The notes under the pieces are model-generated. The model did no database searches, was not told the origin of the DNA, and worked only from the letters and a program-made list of their open reading frames with translations. Both the position numbers and the translations under genes were made by a program. DNA of 64,000 bases. It comes from Elainellaceae cyanobacterium (GTDB lineage Bacteria; Cyanobacteriota; Cyanobacteriia; CAZCXK01). The DNA lies in assembly GCA_051117555.1 (NCBI GenBank), contig JBNPEG010000084.1, positions 1 through 64,000 on the forward strand. The letters are read 5' to 3'. This document shows positions 1 to 10,261 of this stretch, piece by piece. Within the stretch, counting starts at the first letter, position 1. Each line of letters opens with the position of its first letter.

Positions 1-396
1 GTAGAAACAGCTTAGTAGCAGGTGAATTTCTTGCCTTAACCACAACTGTTTTAATTGCATCAACGGCCCATCCTCCGTTGGCACAGGGTTCACTATTCGA
101 TCCTGAGCGCGAATTTGGCGATCGCGCTATTTCTTCAGTGTCCGTTTCAATCGGTTATCAATCCAGGTCGTGACGGCGCTAAGCGTCGGGTCATATTCGT
201 CTAAATGGTGACAGCAATACTCCCACGTTTCTTGAAAGGCATCTCCATAATACGGAGTGGTTTCGTTCCAGAGTTTCCTTGACCGCATGACTAATCGATA
301 AATTTCCTGGATGCACTGCTGACGCTCCACGCTCCGGGGAGGATGGGCGCAGGCGTCGGCGATTAGTTGCTTTAGGGTGTCGTTTAATGCACTCAT
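1..396 (-). pseudogene. Sigma-70/ECF-like factor, N-terminal part interrupted by an in-frame TAG (127-129); the frame stays open to the window edge
   Basis: MSALNDTLKQLIADACAHPPRSVERQ...YGDAFQETWEY...YDP...WI aligns with the N-terminus of ORF 13611..14270 (LKQLAMDAQQHPPKSRERQ...YAEAQQ...YSP...WI). After the stop the frame reads RDRQIRAQDRIVNPVPTEDGPL... Confidence 0.65.
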
Positions 397-639
397 AATT
401 TAGTTGACCTGGGTGGCAGGGGCATTGGATGCCACATGTCAGTTTTGTGCGCGAAGCAGTAGAACGAGCCGATTCTTCCACCAACATTAAACAGTTATAT
501 GGACGAGAAAAGACATTTTCGCAAAATGACGCAAAAAACTTTTTTGACGAATTTTGCGAAAAGTGGGTTCGCCATTCCTATAGCTCTATAGATTGGATGC
601 GATGCTTCTGCAATCCAATGGAATAAAAGGTGTTGTGAA

Positions 640-1240
640 AGGATAGCATTGAGCATACCTGCCAGATCTTGCAGGGGATGCCCACCGGCAATGACATCCA
701 CTATCACTTAGACAAACTCGGGGATGTCGCGACGTTGGAAACCCAGGTGAATGCGCTGCTCGCCCATCGATTGCCCGCCAATATCATTAACCATCGGCAG
801 CGCTTAGCCATTGACCTGCATCTGATTCCCTACTAGGGTCACCCGAGTGAGGCCGAACTCCCCTACATTTATCGCTCTGAAGCCAAAGCCGGAACGACTC
901 GCTTCTAGCCTATGCCACGGTCTACGTGATTCGCCATCAGCAACGGGGAACCCTGGCGATTCATGCAGTGCCGAGACACGAAACGCTAGTGGCCACCCTC
1001 ACCGTGTTACTGGATAAACTCAGTGCCCTCCATATTAAGGTAAAGCGGTTGTATCTTGACCGAGGCTTCTACAGTGTTCCGGTGATTCGTTGGCTGACGT
1101 GTCTCGACCTGCCGTTTATCATGCCCACCATCATTCGAGGGGAGACGGGGGCACGCGGACATTATGTCGGGGACGCTGTAGTTACCGCACCCTCTATCAG
1201 CTCAATAGCGCTGAGTATGGGAATATTCAGTGGTCGATGT
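640..1240 (+). mobile_element. Degraded ISH3-like (IS4-related, DDE) transposase fragment
   Basis: Reads DSIEHTCQ...LAIDLHLIPY*G...AKAGTTRF / AYATVYVIR...LYLDRGFYSVPVIRWL, with a stop at ~834 and frameshifts near 905 and 1150. No intact ends were seen. Confidence 0.75.
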
Positions 1241-1326
1241 CCCCTCCTCTTAACCACGTTTTCGATCTACTGAAATTAGCAAAATGTGACGAAACACTTC
1301 ATTAAGCAAATGTTTTTGTAACACTA

Positions 1327-3237
1327 TTGCCAATCACAATTTTTTTTCCGAAACTGAATTGGATATTGATTATTTACTACCACCTAGTTCTTACAGTGAA
1401 AGATCCTAAAAATTTTCTTAAGAGAGCTTTCAAATTTAGACTCAGTAGTGGAGTTCGCAATTTTCGAGACTCTGTCGGAAATGATGATCGCGACGATATG
1501 TTTCGCCTCAATCTGAGGAGTAGTGGTCGACTGGATCTTCAGCTTTCTCGACTACGAGCAAACGCAAACCTAGAAATATACGAGTTTAAACGACCTAAGC
1601 GGAAGGTTCTTAAAGATATTGGTAAAACTGACTTTAGCGATCTCAGCAGACGGGAAATTCGGCGTAACCTTAAATTATTGGGGCGATCGCGCAAAGGTGG
1701 AAAGCGTAATGAGAAGATTAGTGAGACATTGGAATCTGGCATATATTATATTCGAGTTTTCACTCCTCGCCCTCGAGATAACACCCGCTATCGCCTACGT
1801 GTGAAAGCAAATCCAAATACGTCCCCAGTGCTGATTACAAATCGTGGAGCCAGTTTACCAACAGGCACCCAAGCGTTAATTTCGGGAAATCTCTTGAAAA
1901 CGGTAGATTTAGAGCAATCGTCAAGGGAGTTGTTTTATACTCTAACTCGCCTTCCTACAGATGGAATACTGCAGTTTGACAGTACACCCTTGAGGATAGG
2001 CGACCAGTTCACCCAGGCTGATATCAATGCAGGACGGTTGTCTTACTTTAACAACACGATTGTAGAACAACTCACCAACAACCAAACGCGTGACTTGGCC
2101 GCAGGAATTTCTGGATCTAATGTCGTCTGGAACAGCTTTTTAACAACGGGTGGTTCGTCAGAAATCACGTCGTTCGATCCTAGTCAGGAGAGTTCATCTC
2201 AGGTTTTCTTCTACAACGGAACAACAAGTACGGTAACTGCCGTTACGGATGGTAGTCAGCTCGATCTTGCAGCAGACATTTCTGGTTCTAAAATCGTTTG
2301 GAATCAGAGTTTTAGCTTCCTTGGGATACCATCACCGGAAATATATTTTTTTGATACCAACACCAGAAATACGACTCATCTAACGCCGGGAACGTTCTCT
2401 TTGGGGTTGGCGCCCGTTATTTCTGACTCTCATATTGCTTGGAGTGGAATTGTCGGAACCACGACCCAGCCTATTCTCTACAATATTGCAACCGGACAAA
2501 GAACTCAGCTCGCCAACGATAACACTAGCCGAGCCGTTGTGGATATTTCTGGCTCGAGTATACTTTGGAATACAATCACTGCTGGTCCCAATGGCTCGAC
2601 GTTGCCACAAGAGGTTTTCTTTTACAATGGCTTAACAGGCGCATCGATTCAGCTATCCAACGGAAACGGTAACAATTCAGCCGCTGCTATTTCAGACTCA
2701 TTAGTGATATGGAATCAATATGACGGAAATGACTATGAGGTGTTTGCTTACGAAATTGCCACGGGCATGACCCGTCAACTCTCCAATAATGATGTTGATG
2801 ATGTTGTTCCCATTGGTGGACTTTCAGGCTCTAATGCAATTTGGAATCGGATAAACGAGAACGGTAAGGCTCAAGTTTTTTTCTATGACGGAACGACTAG
2901 TAGACCATTGACTGATATTGGTAGCAATCGAGTCGGCCTAGGAGTTTCAGGTGGCAATGTTGTCTATAACAGCTTAGATAACAACGGTTCGCCAGACGAT
3001 ATTTTCTTTTTTGATACTCAATCTAATCGATTAGTGCAGATTACAAACGACAATCGTGCCAATTTCGCAGTTGGTATCTCTGGTTCAAAGGTAGTCTGGA
3101 ACGGATATGATGGCACCGACTTTGAAGTGTTTTTTGCAGATCTTGACCAGAGAGTCTCTCAAGATCACTTTGCCTTTACCGTATCCGATGGGCTCGGTGG
3201 TATTACTTCTGGAAGCTTCAATCTTACGACTCTCTAG
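1327..3237 (+). CDS. Extracellular protein: basic PPC-like domain, then a cadherin-like (CSPG-type) domain with an inserted beta-propeller repeat region; start may be GTG 1396
   Basis: D..DMFRLNL...LESGIYYIRV (PPC-like); FTQADINAGRLSY...DHFAFTVSDG (cadherin-like); about 8 repeats of ISGSxxVWN...VFFY. Confidence 0.75.
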   Translation: MPITIFFPKLNWILIIYYHLVLTVKDPKNFLKRAFKFRLSSGVRNFRDSVGNDDRDDMFRLNLRSSGRLDLQLSRLRANANLEIYEFKRPKRKVLKDIGKTDFSDLSRREIRRNLKLLGRSRKGGKRNEKISETLESGIYYIRVFTPRPRDNTRYRLRVKANPNTSPVLITNRGASLPTGTQALISGNLLKTVDLEQSSRELFYTLTRLPTDGILQFDSTPLRIGDQFTQADINAGRLSYFNNTIVEQLTNNQTRDLAAGISGSNVVWNSFLTTGGSSEITSFDPSQESSSQVFFYNGTTSTVTAVTDGSQLDLAADISGSKIVWNQSFSFLGIPSPEIYFFDTNTRNTTHLTPGTFSLGLAPVISDSHIAWSGIVGTTTQPILYNIATGQRTQLANDNTSRAVVDISGSSILWNTITAGPNGSTLPQEVFFYNGLTGASIQLSNGNGNNSAAAISDSLVIWNQYDGNDYEVFAYEIATGMTRQLSNNDVDDVVPIGGLSGSNAIWNRINENGKAQVFFYDGTTSRPLTDIGSNRVGLGVSGGNVVYNSLDNNGSPDDIFFFDTQSNRLVQITNDNRANFAVGISGSKVVWNGYDGTDFEVFFADLDQRVSQDHFAFTVSDGLGGITSGSFNLTTL

Positions 3238-3276
3238 GCGGTACTTTGTTCACCATTAATTCTCATTTAGAAAACC

Positions 3277-6200
3277 ATGCGCTATAACGGTTGGGCGTTG
3301 AGGCAGTGCCTAAAAATTACTGTATCGTTGTGTTGCATAGGGTCACCTCCAGGCGATCGCGCCCTTGCTCAAATTAGACCCGACGATACCTTAGGATCTG
3401 AGCGGTCGATCGTGCAAGTAGGTAATCTATCGAGCTTTGAGATTGATGGCGGAGCAATTCGAGCCAATAATCTTTTTCACAGCTTTGAGGAGTTCAATGT
3501 TCCGAATAGAGGGCAGGCTTATTTTAACAATCCGCTTGGTATAGAAAGAATTTTTAGCCGAGTGACAGGAACCAGTGCATCCAACATTCGAGGAACATTG
3601 GGAGTCCGGGGAAACGCCGATTTATTTTTAATCAATCCACAAGGTATCATCTTTGGTACAAATGCTCGTTTGGATGTCAGAGGTTCTTTTGTAGGTACAA
3701 CTGCAAACGCGGTTCAGTTTGGAGACTTGGGAGAGTTCAGTGCATCTGAGCCCACCGAAGCAGGTCTACTAACGATAGATCCCTCCGCCTTGATGTTCAA
3801 TCAAATGATGGGTGGATCAATTGAAAACCGTTCAGTACTTGGCTTGAATGGGTCTATGGGAGGAAGCTTCATCTTGGCAAGTGGCACTGTTAGTTTTGAT
3901 CGCGGCAGAGTCAATAGTTTTGATGGACGCGTCGAATTAGGCGGAATAACTGAGGATGGGATAATTAGGCTGTCATCACAGAGCGATCGCCTCCAGTTGC
4001 AGTATCCGACTGGTATCAGACGAGGAACTATTACCCTCGATAACCAATCTCTGATTTTCTTGGCGGGTGGTGATGTGGTGATAACGGGTGATAGGGTGAC
4101 TATCACTAATGGTAGCTCTATTCAAAATCTTGGCATCATCGATGCTACTGACGGTAGTCATGAAACGAGAATCCACGCTCGACAATTTCGACTGGAGGAG
4201 AGTGGACAAATCCGAGCGACCTCGACTCGGCAAGGTACTAGATCTGAGGTTTCCGTGCAATCTCTGGAAGCGGTTATCTTATCAGGGGGTAGTATTATCA
4301 CCAGTCCTCCACCTGCTGCAGGTCGAGGCGGAGGGGATATTGCTATCCAAAGTCCTTCATTAGTGTTACAAGCAGGAGCAACCATTGCTGCATCAACAAC
4401 AAGTTCTGCTCAGGGAGGCAATATCAGCTTGATGGCTGACTCAATTGAGCTTGTCGGTACATCAGCAAATGGGCTAATTCCCACAACGATTCAAAGTGAA
4501 TCACAAGATATCGGTTTATCAGGTGATTTAGGATCGGGAGGCAATGTTACGATCTCAGCGCAATCCCTTACCCTCCGAGAGGGAGCCAGTATTTCGACAG
4601 CCACTAGCAGCCAAGGTCGTGGCGGAAATATTACTATTCAGGCAGATCGCGTGAATATTATTGGGGCATCTGACAATGGTTTATTTGCAAGTAGCCTCAG
4701 GAGTGGTCCGCGATCATTTGGCACTCGCGTCGGCACAGGTGGAGATATCATCATTGCAGCTCAAGTTTTGAATATTCGTGATGGAGGTATTATTTCTGCG
4801 TCTACATTTGCGACAGGGCGCGGAGGGAACATTAGTATTCGTGGAGATGAAGTTAGAGTTATAGGAATCTCAAGCGAAGGACGTTTCTTCAGCGCGATCG
4901 CGAGTGAAACTGGAGGTATGGGAGAGATCGGTGATGCTGGAGGAGTTGAAATATTTGCAAATAGGCTGATTATTCGAGATGGCGCACGGGTTTCAACAGC
5001 CACAGACAGTATAGGCAATGGCGGCGCAATCACGATCCAGGGTGACGAGATATCATTAACAGATGCCAACATCAACGCCAGCACATTCAATACTGGAAAT
5101 GCTGGACGTATTACCTTACGTGCATCTGATAGAATCGACCTTCTGAGAAGTCGTATATCAACCGAAGTTGCACCTCAAGCAGCAGGAGTAGCTGGCAGTA
5201 TTAATATTCGAGGTGATTCTCTTGAGTTGGATTTGGCTCAAGTTACGTCTGAAACAAGTGGCACAGGGAATGCTGGCAGCATTTCTGTACGTGGAAACAC
5301 TCTAACGCTAAGGAATAACAGTTCGATCTCGACAACTGTTAGAGAGGGTGCATCGGCTACCCAACCTAGTAACATTCTTCTTCAAGGGCGATCGCTCTCC
5401 CTCATGAATGGATCAGCAATCACTGCTAGCACTGCTGGAAATGGTGATGCCGGGACAATCACCACTCGCCAATTCGGAACTATCCAGTTATCTGATAGCA
5501 CGCTTTCTACTGCTGTCGAAGCTCCAGCTATTGGAGATGGAGGACAGCTTTTTTTGCAAGCAGATAGGATTGACCTATCAAACAACGCTCGCGTGAGCGC
5601 CAGCACCGCAGGACAAGGACGAGCTGGAGCAGTTGAAGCGCTCGCAACTACATTTACAGTTCGTCGAGGCGGTCAGATCGAAACATTCACGACAGGTCGA
5701 GCAAATGCAGGTGACATCATCATCAATGTTCAAGATGAACTATTTCTGACCGATCCCAATACTGGACTGTTTGCTAATACTACTGAGGGCTCCAGCGGCA
5801 ATGGTGGCAACATTGTCATTGACCCGATGGTGGTCGTTGTCCAAAATGGGGCGGCGATCGCCGTCAACAGCAGTGGGACAGGACAGGGAGGAGACATTCA
5901 GCTTGCAGCAGGGAGATTGATTCTCGATCGAGGCACAGTCACGGCTGAGACTATTAGCACTCAGGGCGGCAACATCGCGCTGGCCCTTGATGATCTGCTG
6001 ATACTGAGAAATGGCAGCCAGATTTCGGCTGAAGCAGGCAGGAATCAGTTTGGAGGAGACGGTGGCAATGTTTCTATCAGCGCAGATTTTGTGATTGCCG
6101 AAACTAACCAAGATAATGACATCATCGCAAACGCGTTTGAGGGCGCAGGAGGTACCATACAAATCACGGCGCAAGAAATCTTTGGCATTGCTGAGCGAAC

Positions 6201-6657
6201 GGCTACTGAGGGCAACAGCACTAACGATCTGGATGCTAGTTCTGAATTTGGCACCGAGGGACAAATTATTATCGAAGATTTAGGAATTGACCCTGTGCAA
6301 GCAGCAACAGAACTTCCTAATGAAACAGCCAATCCACAACTTGCCCAAGGGTGCTCCACTAATGGGAGCCAAACATCGGGTAGGTTCACTAATATTCGTC
6401 GGGGCGGGCTTGCTCCGAATCCAACAGAGCCTTTGAGCAGCGATACTATATGGGAAGATCTCCAAGTAGTAGAACAACGTGAGGAAAAGGATGAGAATGC
6501 TAATTTCAGAGACAATATGCGAGACAATCCAGGGGCGATCGCCCAGCCTTCTGATCAAATCGTAGAAGTAGACGGATGGCACACCAACGCAGATGGAGAC
6601 GTCGTGCTATTTGCCGCATCTTCGAACATGCCTCAAGATAGCTGCGTGATGAGATAA
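3277..6657 (+). CDS. Filamentous haemagglutinin family (TPS secretion domain) large exoprotein
   Basis: AQIRPDDTLG...NLFHSFEEFNV...IFSRVTG...LFLINPQGIIFG; Gly-rich beta-helix repeats (GxGGNIxI); C-terminal GGLAPNP motif. Confidence 0.92.
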   Translation: MRYNGWALRQCLKITVSLCCIGSPPGDRALAQIRPDDTLGSERSIVQVGNLSSFEIDGGAIRANNLFHSFEEFNVPNRGQAYFNNPLGIERIFSRVTGTSASNIRGTLGVRGNADLFLINPQGIIFGTNARLDVRGSFVGTTANAVQFGDLGEFSASEPTEAGLLTIDPSALMFNQMMGGSIENRSVLGLNGSMGGSFILASGTVSFDRGRVNSFDGRVELGGITEDGIIRLSSQSDRLQLQYPTGIRRGTITLDNQSLIFLAGGDVVITGDRVTITNGSSIQNLGIIDATDGSHETRIHARQFRLEESGQIRATSTRQGTRSEVSVQSLEAVILSGGSIITSPPPAAGRGGGDIAIQSPSLVLQAGATIAASTTSSAQGGNISLMADSIELVGTSANGLIPTTIQSESQDIGLSGDLGSGGNVTISAQSLTLREGASISTATSSQGRGGNITIQADRVNIIGASDNGLFASSLRSGPRSFGTRVGTGGDIIIAAQVLNIRDGGIISASTFATGRGGNISIRGDEVRVIGISSEGRFFSAIASETGGMGEIGDAGGVEIFANRLIIRDGARVSTATDSIGNGGAITIQGDEISLTDANINASTFNTGNAGRITLRASDRIDLLRSRISTEVAPQAAGVAGSINIRGDSLELDLAQVTSETSGTGNAGSISVRGNTLTLRNNSSISTTVREGASATQPSNILLQGRSLSLMNGSAITASTAGNGDAGTITTRQFGTIQLSDSTLSTAVEAPAIGDGGQLFLQADRIDLSNNARVSASTAGQGRAGAVEALATTFTVRRGGQIETFTTGRANAGDIIINVQDELFLTDPNTGLFANTTEGSSGNGGNIVIDPMVVVVQNGAAIAVNSSGTGQGGDIQLAAGRLILDRGTVTAETISTQGGNIALALDDLLILRNGSQISAEAGRNQFGGDGGNVSISADFVIAETNQDNDIIANAFEGAGGTIQITAQEIFGIAERTATEGNSTNDLDASSEFGTEGQIIIEDLGIDPVQAATELPNETANPQLAQGCSTNGSQTSGRFTNIRRGGLAPNPTEPLSSDTIWEDLQVVEQREEKDENANFRDNMRDNPGAIAQPSDQIVEVDGWHTNADGDVVLFAASSNMPQDSCVMR

Positions 6658-6666
6658 AGCGGAGGG

Positions 6667-9369
6667 TTGATTGTGAACTATTTAAGACGAGCGACGACAT
6701 TTATAATTTTGATGTCGATTGCCCTCACCATTGCTATCCTTCAACCAGCATTTTCCATACAACCTTCTGAATCACCCGAGGCGGGTGAGATTCTTACCCA
6801 GAGTCAGTTCTCCCCTTCTGCTGATAATCTACTTCAGCAAGGAATTCAAGAATACGATGCGGGACAATTTGTTCATGCGATCGCCTTTTGGCAAGAATCA
6901 CTCGCTCTATTTACTAATCAGAATGATCTGCTCAATCAAGCTTTAATTCTCAGCAATCTTTCATTAGCATACCAACGTTTAGGGCACTGGGATGATGCTG
7001 AAAAAGCAATCACTCAGGGCCTTAATATACTTCAACAGCAACCATCTTCAAATACGCTAGTCGCTTTAGATATTTATGCTAAAGCCCTCAATACGATGGG
7101 ACGACTTCAGTGGAGTCAAGGACTGATTGAAGAAGCACTATCATCTTGGCAAGACGCAGAAACCAAATACGCACAAGCTCATCAAACAATAGGTGTATTA
7201 GGAAGTCGTCTCAACCAGGCTAAAGCACTTCAGGCATTGGGGCTGAGTGTTCAAGCTGAGCGCCTTTTGCAAAATGTGTACGATGAGCTAAGTGATATGC
7301 CGGATTCTCCTACGAGAGCGGCAGGGCTGCGTAGCTTAGGGAATGCCCTCAGGCGGTTAGGAGTTCTGGATCAGTCTAGAGACGCTTTACAAGCTAGTTT
7401 GTCTGTCGTTACTCAAACTCTAGAGTCTCAGGGTGCAACACATTTGGATTTAGGAAACACCGAGCGAGCATTGGGGGATCGGGCGATCGCCATTAGTCGA
7501 GATGAAGATGCTCAGACTCATTATCAGCAGGCAATAGAGAATTATCAAAATTCTGCCAGAGTTGCTAATTCTCCACTCATTCAAATGCAGGCTCAGGTAA
7601 ATCAGTTGAGCCTGTATGTCGCGATCGAAGAATTCAACGCCGCAATCCAGCAGTGGAAGCAAATCCAGCCTGAGTTTGCAAATCTTCCGCTAAGGAATAG
7701 TGTCCTCCTGATGCGGCTCAATGCAACACGTAGCCTACTGAAAATCAATAGTGAGTTCTTCCAAAGCGCTAGTTCACTCTCTGATTCATCGCTGATGTGG
7801 AGTGCGATCGCCCAGTTTACAGCAGATACAGTCACTCAAGCTCGCGCTTTGCAAGATTTGAGAGCGCAATCTTATGCACTAGGGCAACTAGGTGAAGTAT
7901 ATGAACATATGGAACAGTGGGATGATGCGCGATCGCTAACACAGCAAGCCCTTCAGATTTCTGAAAACACTCAAGCACCTGATATTCGCTATCGTTGGGA
8001 ATGGCAGCTAGGGCGCATATTTGCAAAACAAGGACACCCCGATGCCGCTTTACCCATCTATCAGCAAGCTGTTGAAACCCTGGAAACGATACGAAACAAT
8101 TTATTGTTTATTGATTCAGATGTCCAATTTTCGTTTCGTGATAATGTTGAACCCATCTACCGTGAAACGATAGACCTGCTGCTTCAATCTCCTAATGCCA
8201 GTTCTCATGACTTAAAGGAGGCTATTGATCTACTAGATGCGTTACAGTTGGCAGAGTTAGAGAACTTTCTTCGTTGCAACCTAACTCTTTCAGTTAGTCT
8301 CACTGAAAGCGAAGTCGATGAAACCGCAGCAACGATTTATCCTATTATCTTAGGCGATCGCCTGGAAGTAATTTTATCGGTGCCAGGACAGGATTTGTCT
8401 CGTCATACTGTCAATGTGCCCAAAGAGGACATCGATAATATGGTTAAAGATCTAAGCTATAACTTACGGTTGCGTAGATTTACATCAGACCTACGGAGGG
8501 ACTCTAAAACTCTGTATCGCTGGCTCATTCAGCCTTTTGAATCAGTACTAGATGCGGACCTCACATTAAATGAAAGTCCAATTAAAACATTGGTGTTTGT
8601 CTTAGACAGCGGACTAAGAGAGTTATCCATGAGCGTGTTGCAGGATGAGCAACGAAATCGATATTTGATTGAACGATATGCGATTGCCATCGCGCCGAGT
8701 TTGCAGCTTATAGAACCCCAACCTCTTACCCGCCCCCTCAAGGTTCTTGTTGCAGGGTCTGACCAAGAATTAGATCATCCGTTTCGAGATACCCCCTATC
8801 CAGCTCTTAAAAATGTTCGAGATGAAATCACCGCTATCAAAGCGCTGGTAAGGGCCGATGAACTATTCAACAATGACTTTACCAAAGCTAATTTAGAAGC
8901 CAAACTCAAAACTGAGTCGTTTTCAGTCCTGCACCTTGCTACCCACGGATCATTTAGTTCTGATCCTGAACGTACGTATATTGTGCTTACGGGGGGCAGT
9001 CTGAAAGCTAAAGAATTAGATGCCTTGTTGCGAAGCGATGACGTTAGCCGCAACGCTGTCCAACTGATTGTTTTTAGTGCCTGTGAAACCGCACAGGGAG
9101 ATAACCGAGCTGTCTTAGGACTTGCGGGGTTAACGGTTCAAGCTGGAGCTAGGAGTGCGATCGCCACTCTCTGGTCAGTGGAGGATGAATCAGCAGCAGT
9201 AATAATGGGCGAATTTTATAGGGAATTAGCTCAAAATCCCGAAATCAGTAGAGCAGAAGCACTCCGTCGAGCACAGGTTTCCCTTTGGGAGATTGATGAT
9301 CAAAGAAACGTGGATTGGCATCCCCCTTACTACTGGGCTCCATATACCTTAGTAGGGAACTGGCTATAA
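6667..9369 (+). CDS. TPR + CHAT domain protease, FHA-associated type
   Basis: Signal peptide, TPRs, YRWEWQLGRI, catalytic HLATHG and SACETA motifs, terminal PYYWAPYTLVGNWL. Confidence 0.93.
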   Translation: MIVNYLRRATTFIILMSIALTIAILQPAFSIQPSESPEAGEILTQSQFSPSADNLLQQGIQEYDAGQFVHAIAFWQESLALFTNQNDLLNQALILSNLSLAYQRLGHWDDAEKAITQGLNILQQQPSSNTLVALDIYAKALNTMGRLQWSQGLIEEALSSWQDAETKYAQAHQTIGVLGSRLNQAKALQALGLSVQAERLLQNVYDELSDMPDSPTRAAGLRSLGNALRRLGVLDQSRDALQASLSVVTQTLESQGATHLDLGNTERALGDRAIAISRDEDAQTHYQQAIENYQNSARVANSPLIQMQAQVNQLSLYVAIEEFNAAIQQWKQIQPEFANLPLRNSVLLMRLNATRSLLKINSEFFQSASSLSDSSLMWSAIAQFTADTVTQARALQDLRAQSYALGQLGEVYEHMEQWDDARSLTQQALQISENTQAPDIRYRWEWQLGRIFAKQGHPDAALPIYQQAVETLETIRNNLLFIDSDVQFSFRDNVEPIYRETIDLLLQSPNASSHDLKEAIDLLDALQLAELENFLRCNLTLSVSLTESEVDETAATIYPIILGDRLEVILSVPGQDLSRHTVNVPKEDIDNMVKDLSYNLRLRRFTSDLRRDSKTLYRWLIQPFESVLDADLTLNESPIKTLVFVLDSGLRELSMSVLQDEQRNRYLIERYAIAIAPSLQLIEPQPLTRPLKVLVAGSDQELDHPFRDTPYPALKNVRDEITAIKALVRADELFNNDFTKANLEAKLKTESFSVLHLATHGSFSSDPERTYIVLTGGSLKAKELDALLRSDDVSRNAVQLIVFSACETAQGDNRAVLGLAGLTVQAGARSAIATLWSVEDESAAVIMGEFYRELAQNPEISRAEALRRAQVSLWEIDDQRNVDWHPPYYWAPYTLVGNWL

Positions 9370-9475
9370 TTTCAATTCTTCCTGAAAGCCTTGCAAACAC
9401 TATAGCGATCGCGCTCTGCTATGGCTTCACAGGTTCCTGCGTATAGAATTGGATATGCTCAGGAAGAATCTCGTT

Positions 9476-10225
9476 TTATTCAATTCTGACTTCTCCAATA
9501 AGCGGAGCATCTGGAATCTGAGTCAGTCCTACATCTGACCGTTGTAAAGCTGTTTGCCAATCCATTTTGAGAGCAGTATTATTAGGGGTCATGAGCCGAA
9601 GATTGGCTAACTGGGCGATCGCGTCATACCAAATTCCTTGTAGCAGTGCTTGGCTAGTACGGGGAGATGCATTACTTAGCTGATCATTCAGATCAGAAGA
9701 CATCGCTAACCGTTGCACCCAACCATTCACGTCTACGTAGGTTGGCTCATCAGGGTCACAATACAGCTCAAAATACCAGCGATAGAATTGGCCCATATTT
9801 AGTTCAGGAACAGACTCTGGAAGAGTAAAGCTTACATATCCCGGTACCTGTTCAGGTAGAGTGAAGTCGATGGGGGCAATCGCTTCACTTCCAGTTTCAT
9901 CGTACAACACAAATTTTCCTACTGGGATCTGCTCCTGAGAATAGGGTACATAAAACCAAAAAGTTGGGTGTCCTAACAAGGTATTTCCTACATTAGATTG
10001 AGGCATTAATGCGGTTAGCGGATAGGCAACGGATGGACAATCTCCACGTGCGTCAGTAGCACTTTGCTCTCCCGGACGACTTTCTGAACCTTGTCGGTCA
10101 GATTTGGCGTATATCAAGTGTAATGATTTATGTGAGTTTGCAAGGGCTAGGGTTGAAATCATCGAGAGCGATATGATCAATCCAAAAAACAGTATTGGCT
10201 TCGTTTTCTTCATCAAACTATTCAT
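9476..10225 (-). CDS. DUF928 family secreted protein
   Basis: Signal peptide; ARGDC...LTALMP...HPTFWFYVPY...YRWYF...GIWYDAI. Confidence 0.88.
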   Translation of the reverse strand: MNSLMKKTKPILFFGLIISLSMISTLALANSHKSLHLIYAKSDRQGSESRPGEQSATDARGDCPSVAYPLTALMPQSNVGNTLLGHPTFWFYVPYSQEQIPVGKFVLYDETGSEAIAPIDFTLPEQVPGYVSFTLPESVPELNMGQFYRWYFELYCDPDEPTYVDVNGWVQRLAMSSDLNDQLSNASPRTSQALLQGIWYDAIAQLANLRLMTPNNTALKMDWQTALQRSDVGLTQIPDAPLIGEVRIE

Positions 10226-10261
10226 TCTTGCTACCTCAGTAAAAATATTCGGTCGATTTAA

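Noticed and set aside
581..623. Possible motif A on the minus strand (TTCCATT ... GAGCTA)
   Set aside because: Spacer is 30 bp rather than 15.
1301..1322. attaagcaaat...tttgt similarity to the 14331-14350 promoter
   Set aside because: Short AT-rich match lacking both conserved boxes; probably chance or an unrecoverable relic.
6753..6781. TTCCATA inside CHAT gene 6667
   Set aside because: No GAGATA at +15 and it lies in coding sequence.
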